Source: Octopus vulgaris (lineage: Eukaryota). From it: a stretch of DNA of 64,000 bases. Position 1 is the first letter of the stretch; each line of letters opens with the position of its first letter. Location: contig OX597836.1 of the NCBI GenBank assembly GCA_951406725.2, positions 26,598,001-26,662,000 on the forward strand. The letters run 5' to 3'. A program made the position numbers and the translations under genes. Below are positions 52,101 through 61,100 of this stretch, piece by piece. The notes beneath the pieces were generated by a model. That model was not told the DNA's origin. It searched no databases and saw only the letters and a list, made by a program, of their open reading frames with translations.

Positions 52101-55100
52101 AAGTAAAAATCGCTGTCTGCTACACATACAGGCTTATCCTTTCAGATGCCAGTGCCACATGAAAAGCACCTGTGCCAGTGTGACGTAAATGCACCCATAC
52201 CATTGGCACATAAAAAGCCCCACCACACTTAAGTGGTTGGTGCTAGGAAGGGCATCCAGCAACAGAAACCATACTACAACAGACAGTTGGAGTCTGGACA
52301 GCACCCAGCTGGCCAGCTTCATGTCAAACCATCCAACCCATACCAGCATGTAAAACAGATAAAACAGACATTAAACGATGATGATATACATAACACAAAA
52401 AGAATATATATATATATATAAACTAAATATGTTGCAATTTTCACAATAAGGAATTCAAAAGAAAGTTGTATTCACATGCAAAGGTTACTACTTACCCTCC
52501 ACATTGTTAGCAAGCGTTTCTACAAAGGAATTTACTTCTCGGCTAATTCCCTGGTTTTTAGATCTAGATTTAGTAGAAAGTGCCTGTGGCTGGTTCACAA
52601 TTCTAGATAGTGTTTCCAAAGGTTTCAATGTGGCATTGATGGTAGATGCCATGTATGGGCTGGAGAGGTCAAGGCTGTGCGGTACACGGGCAAGGTCGTT
52701 CACTAAACCTCGTTTAATCAATGTTTTCACCACAACATTCATGAGGTTTTGCTGACCTTTAAATACTTGATTTGGTACCTGACCAGGTGTAGGGCAAGAT
52801 TCAATCATTGTGCTGATAATGCCTGTTAAGGCTTGAATACGAAAGTGTTTCTCGGAACTTTCAGGAAGATTCAGAGCCCTCTGCAAGGCTGCTTTTACTT
52901 CAATAGCTAACTGGGTCTGAGCGTCAGGGCAATGATTGCATGAGGCAATGCTGGCAATTAAAACCCTTGATAATGCTGGACAGTCACGGTCTCCAGATGT
53001 TTGGCAGGGAGGTAACAACTGGTCAAGAACAAATGCCAACATGTTGCAATTCTGAAAGAGTTTTAAAAATTCATTATTTAAACAAGTGAAAAATTTTCAA
53101 AAAGAGAGTGACAGAGACAGAGAGAGGGAGAGACACAGAGAGTTTTTAATCAGTCTCCCAAGTTTTGGAAAAACAAATTTCTTCATCACAAATGCACAAG
53201 AATAAAGCTTTTGAAGAGTCGACAAATGGGTGAAGAAGTTTAAGAGAAAAAAAAAAAGCTAATAAAATTTTTTGAGAAAAATCTTGCATTACAAAAACAA
53301 GAAACCTGACTCATTAACACACATTCTTACCATCAATGTTGTCTTCAACAAAATTCCAATTCATCAGCTATTCTATTAAATTTCTATCTTCCATTTGGTG
53401 AACCATAATCTTAGGTTCTAATGGACTGACCACAAATTCACAGTGTCTCTCATGGTTAGACAAGAGAGTGTGTAAGTTAAAACAGTTTAAATACTACATG
53501 TAACTTTTTTTTTTCACTAAGCCCACCAATTAACTATAACTTGTTAATCAGTATATTTATACTGTCTGTGCTTATGCGGGTAGCCTGGTGGTTAGGGTGC
53601 TGCACTCAGAATTGCAAGGTCAGTTTTGATTCCCAGGTTGGCAAAGCACCGTGTTCTAGAGCACAAACACTTCATTTCACGTTGCTCTACTCCACTCAAT
53701 TGTGGGTGGGAAACCATGCAATGGACTGGCATTCCATTTGGCAGAGAGGAATGCTGGCCTGCCTAGCAAGTGGGATGGCATCATTCAAAAGCTACAACAA
53801 CACAAGGAAGTGCACTGAGGCCAGCAGTGTATAACATCTGATAGTCTGGTTGATACACTGATACACACACAGAGTTTATGGCCTTTCAAAGTTTTCGCAT
53901 TAAGCAAAAACCTGAAGCTATAGTAGATGTTTGCCCAAAGTTTCCTGTGATGGGATCAAACCCCTCAGCTAAATATTGTATCAACAGGTGCTTGGAACTG
54001 TCTAAGTCTATCCTTGTTAGAACTAAGCACTTGTATCAAAGTATCAAATGATTAAGCTTTCAACAAGACAGTCATCAAATCCCAAAGAGGTAACAGACCA
54101 CAAATAGCGAAGATTGCCACCAGTACCTTAATCATTTCAGTAAAATAAAATCTGAGTAAATCTAATTGTTTGAAGACTCACCTCAGTAATAAGTTCACTT
54201 TGACCAGCAGTGTACTTGTGTTCTGTTATCAACTGAGTGCATGCACTATAGGATTTCACAATTTCTGACAACAGGCGCAGAATGGCCGACTTGGGAAGCA
54301 ACGGCTTCTGCCCTTGGTCATCAGCAACTGGTTTCTGTTCTTTCCCAGGTTCACTTACATCTTTTTCAGGGACATCAGGAACAGGCTACAAAAGAAAATT
54401 TACAAACATTAAATGAATATAAATGGTGGACAAATGTTTTAACAGAGTGGCAGTTGTGAAACGTATTTCACATAAAGTCTCTCTATTATACTGAAACAAT
54501 GCAGGAACATCTATATAGCTATTCTACCTGCTAGAAATAGCAGCCAGTACAGTTTGAAACCAATATGATTATTGAAGGTTTGTGGTGGTTAGGATGTTGC
54601 ACTCACAATCGCTAGATCTTGAGTTCGATTCCCAGACTGTTCAGCACATTGTGTTCTTGAGCAAAGCACTTCATTTCATGTTGCTCTAGTCCAGTCAGCT
54701 GTTAGTGGGTAACCTTGTGACAAATTGGCACACAAAAGGTGAGACGGTGACTGAGGAAAATCACCTGAATGGAGGTCTCATGAGCCACGTTTTGTATTCA
54801 GCGACTGAAAGGACACAACCCATACTGAAAATCCCAACTGGTTAGGATTAGTTGCTCAACCACATCAAGGATGATGAACTGATGTCAATAGTTTGCATTG
54901 TTGTTTCCACTTGGGTGACCTCATGGAACAGAGAGAAACTAACACAAACAAACAACCTTCTAGTGAAACAGCTTCAATGAATTTATAATAAGGGAAACAA
55001 TAGTACAACTCATCATCATCATTTCACGTCCGTTTTCCATGCTAGCATGGGTTGGACGGTTCGACCGAGATCTGGGAAGCCAGAAGGCTGCACCAGGCTC

Positions 55101-58100
55101 CAGTCTGATCTGGCAGCGTTTCTACAGCTGGATGCCCTTCCTAACGCCAACCACTCCATGAGTGTAGTGGGTGCTTTTTACATGCCAGGTGAGGCTGGCA
55201 ACAGCCACGATTGGTTGGTGCTTATTACGTGCCACGGCAAAACTGCATTTTTACATCCACCTTAACGAAGGCATTGTTTTCAGTCGTGTTTGTTTGTTTG
55301 TTCGTGGACAAGATATCTCAAGAACCGCTAGATGGATTCGAATAAAACTCCCAGGGATGTTTGGCCTCGTGACTGGCAGGAACTGATTAGATTTTGGGAC
55401 TGATCCGGTACCGGACAAGGATTCCTGTTTCTTTACTTTTTTTTTTGAGAACAGTCAGGTTCATTTTTAGTATTCTCATTTGTAAGAACAGTCCAAGTTT
55501 ATTTCAGATGTTCTCATTTTAAAAATCACCTCTGGCTAATCACCGAGACGACATTGGTGTTGCCTTGGCAGAGGTTTGCGCTATCTGAGTGCTCTTGTTA
55601 TTTATATTTACAGTAAATCTCTTTGAAAACTAACATCTCAACTTCTAAACTCTTAAAAAAATTCTCCAATACAGATGGCACTTCTCTAGGAATATGTCAA
55701 TTGGGATTGATTATATGTAAATTTGTTGGTAATCACCATGTGTAATGGGACACTGCTAAATGTGATCCTTTTTGTGAGCACCTTTGTGAAACTATCCAAT
55801 TCATACAGACCACTAAAAGAATACAATTTAACTGGACAGCATTCAGATTTCTTTGTCGAATGCATTGCTTATTTTTTCACATTCATCATCATCACTGTTT
55901 AATGTCTGCCTTCCATGAGCATGGATGGGGCAGTCTGACAGGAGCCAGCCAGACTGAAGCCTGCACTAGGCTTCTGTGATTTGACAGGGTTTTTACAGAT
56001 GGATGCCCTTCCTAAATCCCAACCACTCAGAGTGGACTGAGTGCTTTTTACATGGCACTAGCACAGGTGAGATTAGTTTTGGCAAGGTTTTGACAACTGG
56101 ATGCCCTTCCAAATGCCAACCACTTCAGTGTGGACTGAATGCTTTTTAAGTGGCACCTACACTGACAGGGTCACCAAATAACTTGCAAGACAAAAACCAT
56201 GCATTATTACAAAACTGATATTTTGATGTAATTGTTTATTTTTAGAATGATATTGACAGGTAAGCATTGAGAAGCTGGATCTAGCCAGTTTGAACCATAA
56301 AAACGGCCAGATATGGCCAGTTTAAATACTAAGGGGTTAAATCAGTTTCTTACCATTGGAGCAAGGCTAACCGCATTCTGTTCCATCAGAGGCGGTTCGG
56401 CATTCAAACTGTTGGATGACAAGTCTGTGGCTAATTCCTGTGTGGCAGATGGAACCTGACCAGTTGGTCCTGAAATAAAATTTCAAAATAATTTCAGTCA
56501 AATAAGTTTCTATGGAAACAAAATCTGAAACCAAGAGAGGGTAAATAGTGTGAGTGTGAATCGAGTGTAAATAGTCGAGTGTAGTCTATGCTATATGAAT
56601 TTGGAGATTTGTAACAAATTCTAATAAACCTTTGTCAATTCAACCTTTCAGATTTGAGTTACATTGTAGCAAGTAGAATCACTGGATTTTGCCTGAGAGT
56701 ATATCTCAACAGCCACAGCAATATTTCAGATGTTGTCACTTATGTCATCATCATCATTTAATGTCTATTTTCTATGCTGGCATGGGTTGGACAGTTTGAC
56801 AGGGTTCAGGCTCCACATCTATTTTGGCATAGCTTCTATGGGCTGGGTGCCCTTCCTAATGCCAACCACTTTACAGAGTGTGCTGGGTGCTTTTACACAG
56901 CACCAGCATGGGTGCCTTTTACGTGGTACCAACACTTATAAGCCTGCAAGATTAGGAATGCTCAGCTGGAGAGGGTTGCAGGGAATAAGCCTGTATGCAA
57001 GGGCAACCATGTTTTTACTTAGCTTGTTGGGTCTTTTCAAGCAGAGTAAATCACCAGGAGTCTCGGTCCTGTTATTCCCTCTGTGTGTGGGTGTTTAATG
57101 TGTACATACAGACTTTATAGTAGTTGGTAAGCCTCAACAATACTATATTAACTACCAAACATTGTATGATATTCTCAAACACAACTATACTAATTGTCAT
57201 GCATGTAAAAACAAAAACACAAATCTATTCATAAATCCACTGGAAAGTAACATCTCCCCCCTCTTCACACTCCACTTCCTTTCCATGTGGAACTTTGAAA
57301 ATCTCAATGAGGGTTTGGTTGAAGAGGAAGGTGCCTGCTCTCATTGCTTTTAGTTATATCCACCACAGCTCTTTTGTCCTAACCACCAAGCAGATGAATA
57401 CACTCTTTTGCAGGCAAAGGAATGACTCGGGGGCCAATAGCCAAATCAGTCCACACATGCCATTAGTTCAATAAATCTCCACAAGTCAGTAAGGTTTGGA
57501 CACTGACCGCGGATATGTGCAGTATGGAGTCATTGTTCTGCATGCATCTCACAAAGGAATAGCTGAGCACATGAATAACGAAGAGTAAAAAGCTACTTAC
57601 TGTCCAGGTCTTCTGTGTTAGTGGCTGGCTGAGAAGAACTTTGGGAATGGCATAGAATCAATGCATTTAGCAGCTCAGCTACCACCTGTTTCACGACACG
57701 TTTCACTGGTGTTGTGGTTGACGATTGTATCGCGACAAATTTCACCATCTGAGGTGTATTCAGAGCAGCTGATCGTGCTTCATCTTCATCTGAAATTCAT
57801 AACAACAAATGCAGGAAAATTAGATTAAAAGAATAAATCCCTAACTTTCCTCCTTATCCAATCATGGAGGACAACACATTTATTTCTTCATTGCCCACAA
57901 AGGGGACAAACAGGGACAGGCAAAAGAGATTAAGTCGATTACATTGACCCCTAAGTGCATAATTGGTACTTATTTAATCGACCCCAAAAGGATGAAAGGC
58001 AAAGCCGACCTCGGTGGAATTTGAACTCAGAACGTACCGGCAGATGAAATACTGCTAAACATTTCGCCTGGCGTGCTAATGATTCTGCCAGTTTGCTGCC

Positions 58101-61100
58101 CTGACAGCCTCACCCATTACCCATTTTTCTATCTTTAATATACTTTAACCCTTTAGCATTTAAACCAGCCAAAATATTCTGCCACTTATGTCCAAACTGG
58201 TCAGATCCAGCATCTCGCACCTTACCAGATTCAGCCCCTCGTACCTTGTAACTGCAGATGAGGACCACTCAACTACATTGATGTTATTGTGTTATTGATG
58301 GAGACACACAATATGAATTTGAGGATCTGCCAAAGCTAATGAGAGAGAGATCCCTGCTGTGGCATGGGAAGATGCACATCAGTTGCAGCCACTTGAAAAA
58401 CAAATAACTGCATATCAAACTGCAAGCTTTATTTTTTTTATTCCATACCTAAAGCCAACTTTACTTAAGATATTAGAGCTACCTCAAAATTTATGTGATT
58501 AAAAAAGAAAGTTATAAACCATTTAAACAATATATATAAGTAAATATAAAACTATAAAGTTCACCCATGCTCAGAGAATAAAATTTTTCTTTACAAAAGA
58601 TGCTTACAAAATGATATCCCAAAAAGAATGGAAATTGGAATAGTAGGGGGTAACAATGGATTGTTATAATTTCAAGGAAGTTTGACAAGGAGTATGAAAC
58701 AAAAAGATTTCATCAAGATGGCAAGATGTACTAAATCCTATTTTATATTTTATAGGATTTAGTACACAGCAAGGAAGACAGCAGAAAGGGTAAACAGCTA
58801 GTGCAATACTAATCTGTCAATGTATTCAAAACTAGAAGAATCCAATTGATTTTCTAACAAAGTTATACCACTTCAGCTTCTTACTTTTTTTCCTTAGGTC
58901 CAAAGCCATTGAAACTACTTCAGGGTAATATTCCTTAAAGTTTTTAACCCTTTAGCATCCAGATTATTTTGTCATGGGTAATTCTTATTTATTCACATTG
59001 CTTTGAATTAATCATGTATTTATTATCTTATGGCTTTGAGATTTCAATGATATGATTGTATATTTTTAGAATGGTATTGTAGAGCAGGTGTGAGAAGCTT
59101 GATCTGGGTAGTTTAAATGCTGAAAGGTTAAAGAATTGTTAACAAACAAAACAAAAAGGAAAAACAATAGCTAAAGATAGAATAGGTTCCTCACCTCTTT
59201 TGGATGGGGGTGGTAAAGCAATACGGAGAGTCTGTTGTGCGATGGCTACAAAAACTTCAGGGCAGCGACAGGCTGCGGGGCCAAGGATTCGTAATACGTA
59301 ATGCATTTCTTTAGCACCAGGACTGCTTTGGGCTATTCCACTGATAGGAGATCCAACACCCATCGATGCCATTTTTATCACCTACAAACAGAAACACAGA
59401 AACATGTAGCTTCTCATGCAAAATGTTATTAAGCTCAAAGTTTACAAGAAAAACAAACTATTTTAACAGACCTTTTAGGAATATTAAATTGATGTTAAGA
59501 GATTAGCAGTGGTTTTATTGTACATCAAATAATTCTGAACTGCCATAAATTGGTTCTATATCATGACTAAAACAAACATATTTGTAAATAGGAGCTTGCA
59601 TTTAAATTATTAAAAGGCCATGATAAACCGACAAAATTAGAAGTAGATCCAATTCTATATTTTTCAGATAAGGAATTTATATTATGTACACAGTTTATTA
59701 GTCTAACTCAGGGGTTCCCAACCAGGTCCACGAGTAAAAAATTATAATATGTGGGTCCATATAGAAATTTTGTTTACTAGGAGGAGTACCTGTATTTGAC
59801 ATTTTCAAGATTTGTATTTGGAATTGATATAATGAATATAACAAAATTGTTTCATTGTTAGTTTTTACTAACCTGCAAACAAATATTTTATTTCAAAAAT
59901 TTACATGTGCGTATATGGGGTCTACAGATAAGATAGCTCTCAGGGATTCCACAAGCGTAATAAGGTTGGGAACCCCCGGTATAACTACTATCTTCATCTT
60001 GTTTGCTACTTTTACTATGTTTCGGCTGTTGTACACGCCAACCTTCTTCAGATGATTCCAATACAACAACCGAGTTCAACAAAACACTGAAGAAGACTGA
60101 AGCTTACAACAGAAAAAAGTGTAGTGAAAGTAACAACCAAGATAAGGATACCAGTTCGAATAGTATAAACAGTATTTAAGTAGAGCATTGAGAGAGAGAG
60201 AGAGAGAGAGAAAGAGAAAAATGGACAGCCCCAAAAATTTTTTTCCTCAGAGGGAAAATAAACATTTTTTGAAATGAAGCAAATATCAAAAAGCTAGTTC
60301 ACCTTTTCCATGCTGTATTTAAGAGCTGACAACTCTTCGAGAATATGTCTAAAGATGAGGGTTACCAAGGATGTGAAGCCTTGGAACAATACTGGCTGTC
60401 GTAAATGGAGCAAAAGTTTTGGCCCACCAAGTTCAGAAAACATCATGGCATATTTATGTTCACGGGTTAGACGGAGAATTAAGCGCAATGCTGCGCTTAA
60501 AGTGTTGGAACCAATCTGTACAGACAACAAGCTCACCATTGATCTAAAGAAATACGAAAGTGTTATGAAATGATATGCAATATCAAATTTTAAAAATACT
60601 GTTTGCAACAGAAAATTACATAAATTACATTTATCAATAAAAAAAAAATGGTGATGCCTGAAGAAGGCAGAAGAACTAAACTTACAACTGTCTCTGATTC
60701 CAGTTTACTCAGGATAGAACATAAAATTGCATGTGCAAATAAACAATAAATCCAAGTGATGCAAGCTTTATTTTTTTTTATTCCATACCTAAAGCCAACT
60801 TTACTTAAGATATTAGAGCTACCTAAAAATTTATGTGATTAAAAAGGAAAGTTATAAAACCATTTAAACAATATATAAGTAAATATAAAACTATAAAGTT
60901 CACCCATGCTCAGAGAATAAAATTTTTTTTTTTACAAAAGATGCTTACAAAATAATATCCCAAAAAGAATGGAAATTGGAATAGCAAGGGGTAACAATGG
61001 ATTGTTATAATTTCAAGGATGTTTGACAAAAAGTATGAAACAAAAAGATTTTATCAAGATGGCAAGATGTACTAAATCCTATTTTATAGGATTTAGTACA

